Notes: generated by a model from the letters alone, not told the origin. A stretch of DNA of 58,374 nucleotides from Lysobacteraceae bacterium (GCA_051952955.1 JBQCJG010000306.1:1-58374), one strand, 5' to 3'; shown: positions 39,909 through 50,500, numbered from the stretch's first letter. Made by a program: numbers and translations.

Positions 39909-41077
39909 GCGTGCGCCTCGCGGGCGATCGCCGCACGGGTGGCCGCGCGCGCGGCGGCGTCGGCGGCGAGCAGGGCGTCGAGCGATCCGGCATCGGCGTG
40001 CGGCATGCGGTGCAGGGCGTCTTCGACGAGAGCGGGAATGGACAGGAAACCGATGCGGCCCTGAAGAAAGGCTGAAACCGCCTCCTCGTTGGCGGCGTTG
40101 AGCACCGCCGTCGCCGCGCCGCCCGCGGCCAGCGCGTCGTAGGCCAGGCGCAGGCAGGGGAAGGCGTCGGTGTCGGGCGCCTCGAAGTCGAGTCGCTCGT
40201 GCTGCAGCAGGTCCAGCGATCCAACGCCGGATGCGATGCGCTCCGGCCAGCCGAAGCCCACCGCCAGCGCGGTGCGCATGTCCGGCAGGCCCAGTTGGGC
40301 AAGGGTGGAACCGTCGATGAACTCGACCAGCGAATGCACCAGGCTCTGCGGGTGCACCAGCACGCCGATGCGGTCGCCGGGCAGCCCGAACAGGTGGTGC
40401 GCCTCGATCACTTCGAGGCCCTTGTTCATGAGCGTGGCCGAGTCGACCGAGATCTTCGGGCCCATCGACCATTTCGGATGCGCCACCGCCTGCGCCGGGG
40501 TGACGCCGGCCAGTGCGGCGCGGGCCCGGCCGCGGAACGGGCCGCCCGAGGCGGTGAGCCGGATCCGCGCCAGCCCGGCGTGGGCCTCGGCGTTCGGCAG
40601 GCACTGGAAGATCGCGTTGTGTTCGCTGTCGATCGGCACGATGGTCGCGCCGTGGGCGCGGACCGCGGCCATCAGCAGGTCGCCGGCCAGCACCAGCGAT
40701 TCCTTGTTCGCCAGCAGCAGGCGCTTGCCGGCGCGGGCCGCGGCCAGCGTGGACGACAGCCCGGCCGCGCCGACGATCGCCGCGACCACGGTGTCGCTGC
40801 CGGCGTCGGCGGCGAGCGCGTCGATCGCCTCGGCGCCGGCGTGGGCCTCGGTGGCCAGGCCGGCGTCGCGCAGGCCTTCGCGCAGGGCCGCGTAGGCGGC
40901 CGGATCGGCCACCGCCGCGTGCGCCGGCCGATGCCGGCGGCAGAGTTCCACCAGCGCCGCGGCATTGCCGCCGGCGATCAGCGACTCGGCGCGCAGGCGG
41001 TCGGGGTGGCGGGCGATGACGTCCAGTGCGGACGTGCCGATCGACCCGGTGGCGCCGAAGACGGCGACCCGCTTCAT
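39905..41077 (-). CDS. dxr: 1-deoxy-D-xylulose 5-phosphate reductoisomerase
   Basis: [30 protein letters not shown]. Confidence 0.96.
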   Translation of the reverse strand: MKRVAVFGATGSIGTSALDVIARHPDRLRAESLIAGGNAAALVELCRRHRPAHAAVADPAAYAALREGLRDAGLATEAHAGAEAIDALAADAGSDTVVAAIVGAAGLSSTLAAARAGKRLLLANKESLVLAGDLLMAAVRAHGATIVPIDSEHNAIFQCLPNAEAHAGLARIRLTASGGPFRGRARAALAGVTPAQAVAHPKWSMGPKISVDSATLMNKGLEVIEAHHLFGLPGDRIGVLVHPQSLVHSLVEFIDGSTLAQLGLPDMRTALAVGFGWPERIASGVGSLDLLQHERLDFEAPDTDAFPCLRLAYDALAAGGAATAVLNAANEEAVSAFLQGRIGFLSIPALVEDALHRMPHADAGSLDALLAADAAARAATRAAIAREAHA

Positions 41078-41173
41078 GGGCGGGCTCCGATCCGGCGTGC
41101 TCCGGCGGCGGAGGGCATGGCGGGAACGGCGGCGGAAGGCATCACGCCCTTGGACCGTGGCGCGGGCATGGCG

Positions 41174-42040
41174 TCAGAAGCCGAACAGCAGCTTGCCCAG
41201 CGCGAACACCGGCAGCGCCGCGAGCTGGCTGTCGATGCGGTCGAGCACGCCGCCGTGGCCGGGGATCAGGTTGCTCGAATCCTTGGCCCCGACATGGCGC
41301 TTGAGCAGGCTCTCGAACAGGTCGCCGACCACCGAGAACAGGATGGTCCACAGCGCGACGATGGCGACGTACGGCAGTTGGCCGAGGGTGGCGCCGGCGA
41401 ACGGCGCGGCGCCCACCGCCAGCACCATGCCCGCGACCACGCCGCCGAACAGGCCCTCGATGGTCTTGTTGGGGCTGATCCGCTGCGCCAGCTTGTTCCG
41501 GCCGAAGGCGCGGCCGGCGAAATAGGCGCCGGTGTCGGCCGCCCACACGATCGCCAGCGCCAGCAGCAGCCAGCGGTGGCCGCCGGGGATGCCGGTGGTC
41601 ACCGGCGTCGCGCCGACCTGGCCGGCGTGGATCAGCACCAGCGCGCACCAGGCCGGGACGATGCTCAGCGTCGCCGCCGCCAGCTTGAACATGCGGGCGT
41701 GGGTGTCGTGGTCGGACGCGAAGTCGTAGCGGCGCAGCCACAGCAGCGCGAGCAGCCACCAGATCCCGCCCAGCAGCACGGCGATCTTGAACAGGATGAA
41801 CGAGCCGCCGCTGTTCGAGCGCGAGGCCCAGACCAGCGCGACCATCACCAGCAGGTTGACCAGCAGCAGGACGCCGCGGGCGATCGGGTCCTCGATCTCG
41901 GTCAGGCGCAGCCACTCCCACAGCCCGATCAGGAAGGCGGCGGCGGCGAGCACCGCCAGCCACGGCGTGGGCAGCAGCAGTACCGCGGCGATCGCCAGCG
42001 GGGCCATGACCAGCGCGGCCAGGAGGCGGGTCCGGGTCAT
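41174..42040 (-). CDS. cdsA: Phosphatidate cytidylyltransferase
   Basis: ISPNKTIEG, GDLFESLLKR, KDSSNLIPGHGGVLDRIDS. Confidence 0.95.
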   Translation of the reverse strand: MTRTRLLAALVMAPLAIAAVLLLPTPWLAVLAAAAFLIGLWEWLRLTEIEDPIARGVLLLVNLLVMVALVWASRSNSGGSFILFKIAVLLGGIWWLLALLWLRRYDFASDHDTHARMFKLAAATLSIVPAWCALVLIHAGQVGATPVTTGIPGGHRWLLLALAIVWAADTGAYFAGRAFGRNKLAQRISPNKTIEGLFGGVVAGMVLAVGAAPFAGATLGQLPYVAIVALWTILFSVVGDLFESLLKRHVGAKDSSNLIPGHGGVLDRIDSQLAALPVFALGKLLFGF

Positions 42041-42816
42041 GCGTCGGTCCTGTCGGGAAGGGAGGCGGGCGGCAGGGCCGCATCGGGGGCGACCTGGGCG
42101 CTGGTCAGGCCGAACCGGCGTTCGCGGCCGGCGAAATCGGCCAGGGCGCGGTCCAGCGTGGCCTCGTCGAGGTCCGGCCACAGCAGGTCGGTGAACCACA
42201 GTTCGGTGTAGGCCAGCTGCCACAGCAGGAAGTTGCTGATGCGGTGGTCGCCGCCGGTGCGGATGAACAGGTCCGGCGGCGGCAGCTCGGCCAGCGCCAT
42301 GTGCCGGGCGACGGCGGCTTCGTCGATGGCGTCGACGCCCAGCCGGCCGGCCGCGACCTCGGCGGCGATGGCGCGCGCGGCACGGGCGATGTCCTGGCGG
42401 CCGCCGTAGCTGGCGGCGACGGTCAGGTGCAGCGCGTCGTTGCCCGCAGTGCGGGCCTCGGCCGCGGTCATCCGCGCCAGGATGTCCGGCGCGAAGCGGT
42501 CGCGCTCGCCGATGAAGCGCAGGCGCACGCCGCGGCGGTGCAGTTCCTCGACCTCGCGCTCCAGCGCGTTGAGGAACAGCTTCATCAGCGCGCCGACCTC
42601 GTCCTGCGGACGGCCCCAGTTCTCGCTGGAGAACGCGAACAGGGTCAGCGCCCCGATCCCGCGGCGCAGGCACCAGTCGATGCAGAGGTTCACCGCCCGG
42701 GCGCCGGCACGGTGGCCCAGCACGCGCGGACGGTGGCGGCGCTCGGCCCAGCGGCCGTTGCCGTCCATGATGACGGCGAGGTGGCGCGGGACGCCGGGCT
42801 GCGGCGGCGAAGACAT
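42037..42816 (-). CDS. uppS: Undecaprenyl diphosphate synthase
   Basis: IMDGNGRWA, FSSENWGR, RTGG..RISNFLLWQ. Confidence 0.95.
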   Translation of the reverse strand: MSSPPQPGVPRHLAVIMDGNGRWAERRHRPRVLGHRAGARAVNLCIDWCLRRGIGALTLFAFSSENWGRPQDEVGALMKLFLNALEREVEELHRRGVRLRFIGERDRFAPDILARMTAAEARTAGNDALHLTVAASYGGRQDIARAARAIAAEVAAGRLGVDAIDEAAVARHMALAELPPPDLFIRTGGDHRISNFLLWQLAYTELWFTDLLWPDLDEATLDRALADFAGRERRFGLTSAQVAPDAALPPASLPDRTDA

Positions 42817-42827
42817 GCCGGCAGGCC

Positions 42828-43385
42828 TCAGACGGCCATCAGTTCCTGTTCTTTCGCCTTCACGACCTCGTCGACGTCCTTGATCGCCTTGTCGGTCAGC
42901 TGCTGGATGTCCTGCTCGCTGCGGCGCTCCTCGTCTTCCGTGATCTTCTTGTCCTTCAGCAGTTCCTTGACGTGCTGGTTGGCGTCGCGGCGGATGTTGC
43001 GGATCGCGACCTTGGTGTCCTCGCCTTCGGCGTGCACATGCTTGGAGAGCTCGCGGCGACGCTCTTCGGTGAGCGGCGGCAGGTTGATGCGGATCACGGT
43101 GCCGGCGGTGTTCGGGGTCAGGCCCAGGTCGGAGGCGTAGATCGCCTTCTCGACCGCGGCGACCATCTGCTTCTCCCACGGCGTGATCGTGAGCGAGCGG
43201 GCGTCGGCGACCGCGATGCTGGCGACCTGCGACAGCGGCATGTCCGAGCCGTAGTAGTTCACCTTGAGGTGCTCGACCAGCGACGGCGACGCGCGGCCGG
43301 TGCGGACCTTGGTCAGGCTGTGGCGCAGGGATTCCACGCTTTTCGCCATGCGGGCCTGCGTGTCTTTCTTGATGTCGTTGAGCAT
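42828..43385 (-). CDS. frr: Ribosome recycling factor
   Basis: RTGRA, PPLTEERR, RNIRRDAN. Confidence 0.96.
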   Translation of the reverse strand: MLNDIKKDTQARMAKSVESLRHSLTKVRTGRASPSLVEHLKVNYYGSDMPLSQVASIAVADARSLTITPWEKQMVAAVEKAIYASDLGLTPNTAGTVIRINLPPLTEERRRELSKHVHAEGEDTKVAIRNIRRDANQHVKELLKDKKITEDEERRSEQDIQQLTDKAIKDVDEVVKAKEQELMAV

Positions 43386-43519
43386 GCCGGTTCCTGGTAT
43401 CGGTCTGGTGGTGGCCGCGCGGGACGCTGGTGCGGCCGGAACGCCAAGACCGCCGATTATATGCGATGCCGCCCGCGCGCCGGTCCGGGCCGATCCGGCC
43501 GCTGGGTCCCCGCGGCGCG

Positions 43520-44593
43520 TCAGGCCGTGCGGCCGTCGCCGTGGGGCGCCCGGCCGCCGCAGTCGTGGTCGCAGCGCGTGCCGTGCTCGATCTGCAGGGT
43601 CGGGTGGTTGATGCCGAAGCGCGCGTCCAGTGCCTGGTGCAGTGCGTCGAGGAACGCGTCGTGGTCGTCCGCCGCGGCCCGCACCAGGTGCGCGGTCATC
43701 GCGATCTCGCCCGCGCCCAGCGACCAGATGTGCAGGTGGTGGACCGCGCTCACCCCCGGCTGCGCGGCGAGGAAGGCCTCGACCTCGGCCCGGTCCAGCC
43801 CGCGCGGCACGGCGTCCATCGCGGCGTCGAAGGCATCCCGGAGCAGGCGGAACGAGCCCACCGCCACCACCGCCGCGACCAGCGCCGCGGTCGCCGGATC
43901 CAGCCAGCGCCAGTCCAGCCACAGCATGCCGGCGCCGGCCAGCACCGCCGCCAGCGACACTGCGGCGTCGGCCATCAGGTGCAGGAAGGCGCCGCGGCGA
44001 TTGAGGTCGTGCGCATGCGCGTGGCCGCCGTGGACGAACCACGCCGCGCCGAGGTTCACCACGATGCCGATCGCGGCCACCACCATCACCGGCACGCCGG
44101 GGATCTCCGGCGGCGCGGCGAAGCGGCGCAGCGCTTCCCAGCCGAGCGCGCCGCTGAAGCCGACCAGCATCAGCGCATTGCCCAGTGGCGAGAGCAGGGT
44201 GGCGCGACGCCAGCCGTAGGTGTGGCGGGCGGTCGGCGCGCGCCGCGCCATGACCATGGCGCCCCAGGCCAGCGCCAGCCCGAGGACGTCGCCGAGGTTG
44301 TGCACGGCATCGGACAGCAGCGCCAGCGAATCCGTCGCGAAGCCGTAGCCGGCCTCCAGCGCGGTGTAGGCGAGGTTGATCAGCGTCGCGAACGCGAACG
44401 CGCGGGTGCCGGAAGCGGCCGCATGCCCATGGCCACCCGGGCCATGCGCGTGGCCGTGATCGTGGTCGTGGTCGTGGTCGTGGTCGTGACTGTCGTCGTG
44501 GCGGTCCACGCGACCGTGGACGTGGTCCCGAGGATGGTCGTGGTCATGGTCATGCGCGTGGTCATGACCGTCATGGGCGTGCGGGAGCGTCAT
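43520..44593 (-). CDS. Cation diffusion facilitator transporter with long His/Asp-rich N-terminus
   Basis: SLALLSDAVHNLGD, AFLHLMAD, HHLHIW, HPTLQIE; (HD)n tract. Confidence 0.92.
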   Translation of the reverse strand: MTLPHAHDGHDHAHDHDHDHPRDHVHGRVDRHDDSHDHDHDHDHDHGHAHGPGGHGHAAASGTRAFAFATLINLAYTALEAGYGFATDSLALLSDAVHNLGDVLGLALAWGAMVMARRAPTARHTYGWRRATLLSPLGNALMLVGFSGALGWEALRRFAAPPEIPGVPVMVVAAIGIVVNLGAAWFVHGGHAHAHDLNRRGAFLHLMADAAVSLAAVLAGAGMLWLDWRWLDPATAALVAAVVAVGSFRLLRDAFDAAMDAVPRGLDRAEVEAFLAAQPGVSAVHHLHIWSLGAGEIAMTAHLVRAAADDHDAFLDALHQALDARFGINHPTLQIEHGTRCDHDCGGRAPHGDGRTA

Positions 44594-44647
44594 GCTCGGG
44601 ATTTTCACATGCGTGCCGAAGCGGACACTATCCGTCCCGGCATGGGC

Positions 44648-46639
44648 TCACTTCACCCCGTGCATCATCCGCCGCAGCAGCGGCGAGGCCGCGAACGCGA
44701 CCACCGCGCAGCCGATCCCCATCCACATCAGCAGCCAGAACAGGTCGGCGTACTTGGCGCCGGCCACGGCCATGTCGATGGCGGTGCCCTCGGGCACGTC
44801 CAGTGCCGCCAGCTTGCCCAGCAGCGCGGCCAGCGTTTCCGAGAACGCCGTCGCGAGGAACCACGTGCCCATCATCAGGCTGACCACGCGCGGCACCGAC
44901 AGCTGCGTCACCGCCGACAGCCCGACCGGCTGCAGGCACATCTCGCCGATCTCGAGGATCAGGTAGGCCAGCACCAGCCACCACACCGTGGCCATCTGCC
45001 CGCTTGCGCCGGCCTGCTGCGCCGCCAGCGCCAGCGGCACGAAGCTCAGGCCGCCGAACAGCAGGCCGAACGCCGACTTCGTCGGCTTCGACGGGTCGCG
45101 GCCGCGCTTGTCCAGCCACGTCCACACCACCGAGAACAGCGGCGCCAGCAGCACGATGAACAGCGCGCCGAGGTAGGTCAGCGAGCCCGCGGTCTGCGGC
45201 AGCACCAGCGCGTCGCGCAGCAGGAACACCAGCATCAGCAGCATCGCCGCGCCGAACAGCCACTTCGGTGCGGTCGAGGCCGCGTTGCGGTCCGACAGCG
45301 ACGCCGACACCACGAACGCCAGCGGCGCCATCAGCAGCGAGACGATCGACCAGGGCGCGCTGCCGACGAACGTCGCCAGGTCGGAGGCGAAGCCGCCGCT
45401 CCAGTCCAGTGCCGGCGTCGGCTGCACCAGCACCGGCACGATGTCCTTGGTCAGCATGCGCTCGGTGAAGGTCACCCACGAACCGTAGGTCTGCTCGTAC
45501 AGCGTGTAGAACACCAGCGCGGCGAAGATCAGCGCCATCATCGCGCCCATGCGCTGCGCCTCGACGCGCGAGCAGTGGCGGGTGACGAACCACACGTACC
45601 AGAAGCCCACCAGCAGGAACACCACCGACATCAGGATCAGCGCCAGCGTCGATTCCTCGATGAAGAACGCCAGCACGCCGGCGTTGGCCGACAGCCAGAT
45701 CGTGCCGAGGCCGAGCAGCGCGAACACCGCCATCGACGGCGCGTAGCGCAGCAGCGGCTTCGGCGCGGCGTCGTCGCGGCGCGCGGACTGCCACATCGAC
45801 CACACGATCGCCGCCAGCGCCATCACCACGATGCCGAACGTCCAGCGCACGAGGTCCGGGCCGAGCTTGATGCGGGTCACCGCTTCCATCAGCCACGCGA
45901 CCGCGAACACCGCGGCCAGCGCGATGGCATAGATGCCGAACTCGCGGCCCTTCGCCAGCGGCGCTGGCGGCTCGCCGATGCCGCGCAGGTACTTGCGGCC
46001 CCACAGGAACTGCACCAGGCCCAGCACCATGCCGATGCCCGCCGCGCCGAAACCGTAACTCCAGCCGAAGGTCTGGCCGAGGTAGCCGCAGACGATCGAC
46101 GCGAACAGCGCGCCGAGGTTGATGCCGGCGACGAACAGCGAGAAGCCGGAGTCGCGGCGCGGGTCGTCCTCGCGGTACAGCCGGCCGACGATCGTCGACA
46201 CGTTCGGCTTGAGGAAGCCCACGCCCATGATGATCAGCGCCAGCGACAGGTACATCGCGCGCAGCGCGCCGTCGTCGCGGGTGACGACGCCGTTCGCGAC
46301 CGTGGCGGCGTGGCCCTCGATGCTCATGCCCGCGTGGCCCAGCACCAGCAGCAGTCCGCCGAAGATCACCGCCCGGCGCATGCCGAGGAAGCGGTCGGCG
46401 AGCATGCCGCCGAACACCGGCACGCAGTAGACCAGCCCGCCGTAGGCGCCGAGCAGGTCCAGGCCCGCGCGGTCGCCGAACTTGTGGTGTTGCAGCAGGA
46501 ACAGCAGCAGCAGCGCCTTCATGCCGTAGAAGGAGAAGCGCTCCCACATCTCGGTGAAGAAGCAGACGTAGACGCCCTTGGGGTGTCCGAACAGCTCGTC
46601 GGAGGACGGCACGGCGACGGTGGCGGCGGTGGACGACAA
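44648..46639 (-). CDS. POT/PTR proton-dependent oligopeptide transporter
   Basis: EMWERFSFYGM (ExxERF), GGMLADRFLG, INLGA, PVGLSAVT; TTG start after GGAG inferred. Confidence 0.92.
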   Translation of the reverse strand: MSSTAATVAVPSSDELFGHPKGVYVCFFTEMWERFSFYGMKALLLLFLLQHHKFGDRAGLDLLGAYGGLVYCVPVFGGMLADRFLGMRRAVIFGGLLLVLGHAGMSIEGHAATVANGVVTRDDGALRAMYLSLALIIMGVGFLKPNVSTIVGRLYREDDPRRDSGFSLFVAGINLGALFASIVCGYLGQTFGWSYGFGAAGIGMVLGLVQFLWGRKYLRGIGEPPAPLAKGREFGIYAIALAAVFAVAWLMEAVTRIKLGPDLVRWTFGIVVMALAAIVWSMWQSARRDDAAPKPLLRYAPSMAVFALLGLGTIWLSANAGVLAFFIEESTLALILMSVVFLLVGFWYVWFVTRHCSRVEAQRMGAMMALIFAALVFYTLYEQTYGSWVTFTERMLTKDIVPVLVQPTPALDWSGGFASDLATFVGSAPWSIVSLLMAPLAFVVSASLSDRNAASTAPKWLFGAAMLLMLVFLLRDALVLPQTAGSLTYLGALFIVLLAPLFSVVWTWLDKRGRDPSKPTKSAFGLLFGGLSFVPLALAAQQAGASGQMATVWWLVLAYLILEIGEMCLQPVGLSAVTQLSVPRVVSLMMGTWFLATAFSETLAALLGKLAALDVPEGTAIDMAVAGAKYADLFWLLMWMGIGCAVVAFAASPLLRRMMHGVK

Positions 46640-46793
46640 GGCGGACTCCGGGGCGTGCGGGCGACGGAGGAGTATAGCCGCCGCCCCGGGGGCGCCCCGT
46701 TCATGCACGGCGAGCGCGCCCCTGCCTTTCGGGCTATGCCGGTCCGGGGTGTCCGGCCTACCATCGGCGGTCGACCTCACCCAGGACGTTCCG

Positions 46794-48884
46794 ATGTCTC
46801 CGACCCGCCTTTCCCTCTGCCTCGCGCTGGCGCTGGCGCCGCTCGCCGTCCACGCTGCCGCGCCTGCCGAAGCCGCGCGCGGACTGCAGCCGCGCGATCT
46901 GGCCACGCTCGATCGCTACTCGTCGCCTACGCTCTCGCCCGACGGCCGCCTGCTGGTGTTCGCCAAGCGCGTGGTCGACTTCGACGCCAACAAGGGCAGC
47001 AGCGGGCTGTGGATCGAGAACCTCGTCGCCCGCGACGCGGCGCCGCCGAAGCGGCTCACGCCCGAGGGCTGGAACGTGAACTCGCCGGCGTTCTCCACCG
47101 ACGGCAGGACCGTGTACTTCCTCAGCGCCAAGTCCGGCAGCCAGCAGCTGTACGCGATCCCCGCCGCCGGCGGCACGCCCAGGCAGATCACCGACCTGCC
47201 GCTCGACGTCGGCACCTACAAGTTCTCGCCCGACGGCAAGCAGGTCGCGCTCGGCCTGGAAACCTATCCCGACTGCGCCGGCGACCTCGGCTGCACGAAG
47301 CAGAAGGCGGACGCGGCCGGCAAGCGCAAGACCACCGGCGTGGTGTTCGACCGCATGTTCATCCGCCACTGGGACGCGTGGAACGAGGGCAAGCTCAACC
47401 GGATCTTCGTCGCGCAGATCGGCGATGCCGCGATCAGCGCGCCTATCAAGGCTGCGACGCTGGTCGGTGCCGACGTGATCGGCGACGTGCCGTCGAAGCC
47501 GTTCGGCGGCGACGACGAATTCGCCTGGTCGCCCGACGGCAAGTCGCTGGTGCTGTCGGCACGCAAGGCCGATCGCACCGAGCCGTGGAGCACCAACTTC
47601 GACCTGTACCTCGTCGCCGCCGACGGCCAGGGCAAGGCGCGCAACCTGACCGAGGCGAACCAGGCCTGGGACACCGGACCGGTGTTCTCCGCCGACGGCA
47701 AGACGCTGTACTACCGCGCAAAGGCGCGCCCGGGCATCGAGGCCGACCGTTTCGCGCTGATGGCGATGGACCTCGCGTCCGGCAAGACCCGCGAGATCGC
47801 GTCGAAGTGGGACGCCTCCGCGGACGGCATCACGCTGTCGGTCGACGGCCAGTCGATCTACACCACCGCGCAGGAACTCGGTCGCCATCCGCTGTTCTCG
47901 GTGTCGCTGAAGAACGGCGAAGTCACTTCGATCTGGAAGGACGGCTCGGTGTCGTCGTTCGCGCTGGCCGGCGGCACGCTGGCGATCGCGTCGAACTCGA
48001 TGAAGACCGGCGACGTGATCCTCACCACGACCGCCGACGGCAAGGGTAAGGCCCGCGCGATCACCCCGACTGCCGGCGAGATGCTGCCGGCGGTGCGCTT
48101 CGGCGACTACGAGCAGTTCGCCTTCCCCGGCTGGAACGACGAGACCGTGCACGGCTACGTGGTCAAGCCGTGGAACTACGAGGCCGGCAAGAAGTACCCG
48201 GTCGCGTTCCTCATCCATGGCGGCCCGCAGGGCAGCTTCGGCGACGGCTGGAGCTACCGCTGGAACCCGCAGACCTACGCGGGCCAGGGCTACGCGGTGG
48301 TGATGATCGACTTCCACGGTTCGACCGGCTACGGCCAGAAGTTCACCGACGCGATCAGCCAGCACTGGGGCGACCGCCCGCTGGAAGACCTGCAGAAGGG
48401 CTGGGACGCGGCGCTGAAGAAGTACGCGTTCCTCGACGGCGGCCGCGCCTGCGCGCTGGGCGCCAGCTACGGCGGCTTCATGGTCAACTGGATCGCCGGC
48501 AACTGGAACGCACCGTGGAAGTGCCTGGTCAGCCACGACGGCGTGTTCGACCAGCGCATGATGGGCTATGCCACCGAGGAACTGTGGTTCACCGAGTGGG
48601 AGCAGGGCGGCACGCCGTTCGAGGTCGCGAAGAACTACGAGAAGTTCAACCCGGTCGACCACGTGTCGAAGTGGAAGGTGCCGATGCTGGTCATCCACGG
48701 CCAGCAGGATTTCCGCATCCCGGTCGAGCAGGGCATCGGCGTGTTCACCGCGCTGCAGCGCCAGGGCATCGAGTCGAAGTTCCTGTACTTCCCCGACGAG
48801 AACCACTGGGTGCTGAAGCCGCAGAACAGCGTGCAGTGGCACGAGACGGTCAACGGCTGGCTGAAGCAGTACATCGGCAACTGA
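46794..48884 (+). CDS. Secreted S9 family peptidase (dipeptidyl peptidase V-like)
   Basis: Signal peptide, SPDG propeller repeats, IHGGPQ, GASYGG nucleophile, DFR, ENHW. Confidence 0.93.
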   Translation: MSPTRLSLCLALALAPLAVHAAAPAEAARGLQPRDLATLDRYSSPTLSPDGRLLVFAKRVVDFDANKGSSGLWIENLVARDAAPPKRLTPEGWNVNSPAFSTDGRTVYFLSAKSGSQQLYAIPAAGGTPRQITDLPLDVGTYKFSPDGKQVALGLETYPDCAGDLGCTKQKADAAGKRKTTGVVFDRMFIRHWDAWNEGKLNRIFVAQIGDAAISAPIKAATLVGADVIGDVPSKPFGGDDEFAWSPDGKSLVLSARKADRTEPWSTNFDLYLVAADGQGKARNLTEANQAWDTGPVFSADGKTLYYRAKARPGIEADRFALMAMDLASGKTREIASKWDASADGITLSVDGQSIYTTAQELGRHPLFSVSLKNGEVTSIWKDGSVSSFALAGGTLAIASNSMKTGDVILTTTADGKGKARAITPTAGEMLPAVRFGDYEQFAFPGWNDETVHGYVVKPWNYEAGKKYPVAFLIHGGPQGSFGDGWSYRWNPQTYAGQGYAVVMIDFHGSTGYGQKFTDAISQHWGDRPLEDLQKGWDAALKKYAFLDGGRACALGASYGGFMVNWIAGNWNAPWKCLVSHDGVFDQRMMGYATEELWFTEWEQGGTPFEVAKNYEKFNPVDHVSKWKVPMLVIHGQQDFRIPVEQGIGVFTALQRQGIESKFLYFPDENHWVLKPQNSVQWHETVNGWLKQYIGN

Positions 48885-48906
48885 GTCCGCCGTCATCGCA
48901 ACTACG

Positions 48907-48940
48907 CGAAGCCCCGGTCCGCGCCGGGGCTTCGTCGTTT
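48907..48940. terminator. Intrinsic terminator between convergent S9 peptidase and modB
   Basis: CGAAGCCCCGG-N6-CCGGGGCTTCG followed by TCGTTT. Confidence 0.7.
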
Positions 48941-48959
48941 CAGGCGTCGCGCGCGATGC

Positions 48960-49649
48960 TCATTCCGGCGGGCGGCGATATGCCGAGCGACGCACCATCC
49001 ATTCCGACAGCAGCAGCGCGCCGAACGCCAGCGCCAGCGACACCGCGGCGAGGCGCAGCATGCCGTCGCCGCCGTCGGGGCGTTCGATCAGTGTGTACAT
49101 CGCCAGCGCGATTGTGCGCGTCTCGCCGGGGATGTTCGACACGAAGCTGATCGTCGCGCCGAATTCGCCCAGCGCCTTCGCGAACGCGAGGCTCATGCCG
49201 GCGACGATCCCGGGCAGGCTCAGCGGCAGCGTCACCTGGCGGAACGCCGCCCACGGCCGCGCGCCGAGGCCCGATGCGGCTTCGTGCACCTCGCGCGGGA
49301 TCGCTTCCATCGACAGCCGGATCGCGCGCACGAACAGCGGGAACGCCATCACCGCGGCGGCGATCACCGCGCCCGCCCAGCGGAACGCGAAGCGGATGCC
49401 GAACCACGCGTCGAGCCAGTGTCCGATCTCGCCCTGCCGGCCCAGCAGCACCAGCAGCACGTAGCCGGTCAGCACCGGCGGCATCAGCAGCGGCAGGTGG
49501 ATCAGCGCGTCGAGCAGCGCCTTGCCGCGGAACCGGCCGCGCGCCAGCACGTGCGCGGCCAGCACCGCGAACGGCAGCGACACCGCGACCGCCAGCGCGG
49601 CGACGCGCAGGCTGAGGAAAATCGCCGAGGTTTCCTCCGGCGCGAACAC
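48960..49649 (-). CDS. modB: Molybdate ABC transporter permease
   Basis: LPLLMPPVLTGY, EAA motif, LGEFGAT, NIPGET. Confidence 0.93.
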   Translation of the reverse strand: MFAPEETSAIFLSLRVAALAVAVSLPFAVLAAHVLARGRFRGKALLDALIHLPLLMPPVLTGYVLLVLLGRQGEIGHWLDAWFGIRFAFRWAGAVIAAAVMAFPLFVRAIRLSMEAIPREVHEAASGLGARPWAAFRQVTLPLSLPGIVAGMSLAFAKALGEFGATISFVSNIPGETRTIALAMYTLIERPDGGDGMLRLAAVSLALAFGALLLSEWMVRRSAYRRPPE

Positions 49650-49650
49650 G

Positions 49651-50430
49651 TCAGGGCGCGGTGAACCCGGCGCGCGCGAACGCGGCCTGCGCCTCGCGTC
49701 CGCGCAGGTACGCGAGGAAGCCCGCGCTGCGGCGCGCGTCGGCGGCGCGCACGCGCGCGGCCGGGTACACGATGCGCGGATGTGTGCGCGCGGGGAACGT
49801 CGCGGCCACGCGCACGCGCGGTTCGGCCCGCGCGTCGGTGGCGTAGACGATGCCCAGCGGCGCCTCGCCGCGGGCGACGAACGCCAGTGCGCCGCGCACG
49901 TTGTCGCTCTGGGCGAGGTGCGCGGACACCGTCGTCCACAGGTCGAGCGTCGTCAGTGCGGCGCGGCCGTAGCGGCCTGCCGGGACGGTGGTCGTTTCCG
50001 CCATCGCGAGGCGGCCGCTGCCGAGCGCCTGCGCCAGCCCGCGCTGCGTGAGCGCGACCGCGCGCGGGCCGCCGTCCGCGGGCGCGATCAGCACCAGCCG
50101 GTTGCCGACGAGGTCGAAGCGCGTCGCGGGATCGATCGCGCCCTGCGCCTGCAGCGTGTCCATCCACTGCTCGTCGGCGGAGACGAACACGTCCGCCGGC
50201 GCGCCCTGCGCGATCTGCTTCGCCAGCGCGGCGCTGCCGGCGTAGCTGATCTTCACCTGCTGTCCGCTGCGTTTCGTCCACGCAGCCGCGACGTCGTCGA
50301 GGCTGCCCTGCAGGCTGGCGGCGGCGAAGACGAGGATGGGTTCGGGCGCGGGTTTCGCCGGTGCGGCGATGGCGGTCGCGGCGACCGCGAGCATGAACAA
50401 CGACAGCAGGGCGACGATCCGGCGACTCAT
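49651..50430 (-). CDS. modA: Molybdate-binding periplasmic protein
   Basis: FAAASL, LAKQIAQGAPADVF, VPAGRY, GIVYATDA. Confidence 0.93.
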   Translation of the reverse strand: MSRRIVALLSLFMLAVAATAIAAPAKPAPEPILVFAAASLQGSLDDVAAAWTKRSGQQVKISYAGSAALAKQIAQGAPADVFVSADEQWMDTLQAQGAIDPATRFDLVGNRLVLIAPADGGPRAVALTQRGLAQALGSGRLAMAETTTVPAGRYGRAALTTLDLWTTVSAHLAQSDNVRGALAFVARGEAPLGIVYATDARAEPRVRVAATFPARTHPRIVYPAARVRAADARRSAGFLAYLRGREAQAAFARAGFTAP

Positions 50431-50500
50431 GCGTGGGGACCAGGGGCGGGCGGTCCAGCCTACACCAGCGGCACGACCGGCCGCGCTCTGCCTGCCGCGC

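Noticed and set aside
41104-41142. Short direct repeat GGCGGCGGA(G/A)GGCAT between cdsA and dxr
   Set aside because: Only two GC-rich copies; could be chance, no supporting context
43430-48049. Very long alternative ORFs (e.g. 43430..48049, 26817..31052, 27089..30505)
   Set aside because: Shadow frames of real genes in high-GC DNA; Arg/Ala/Pro-rich with no motifs
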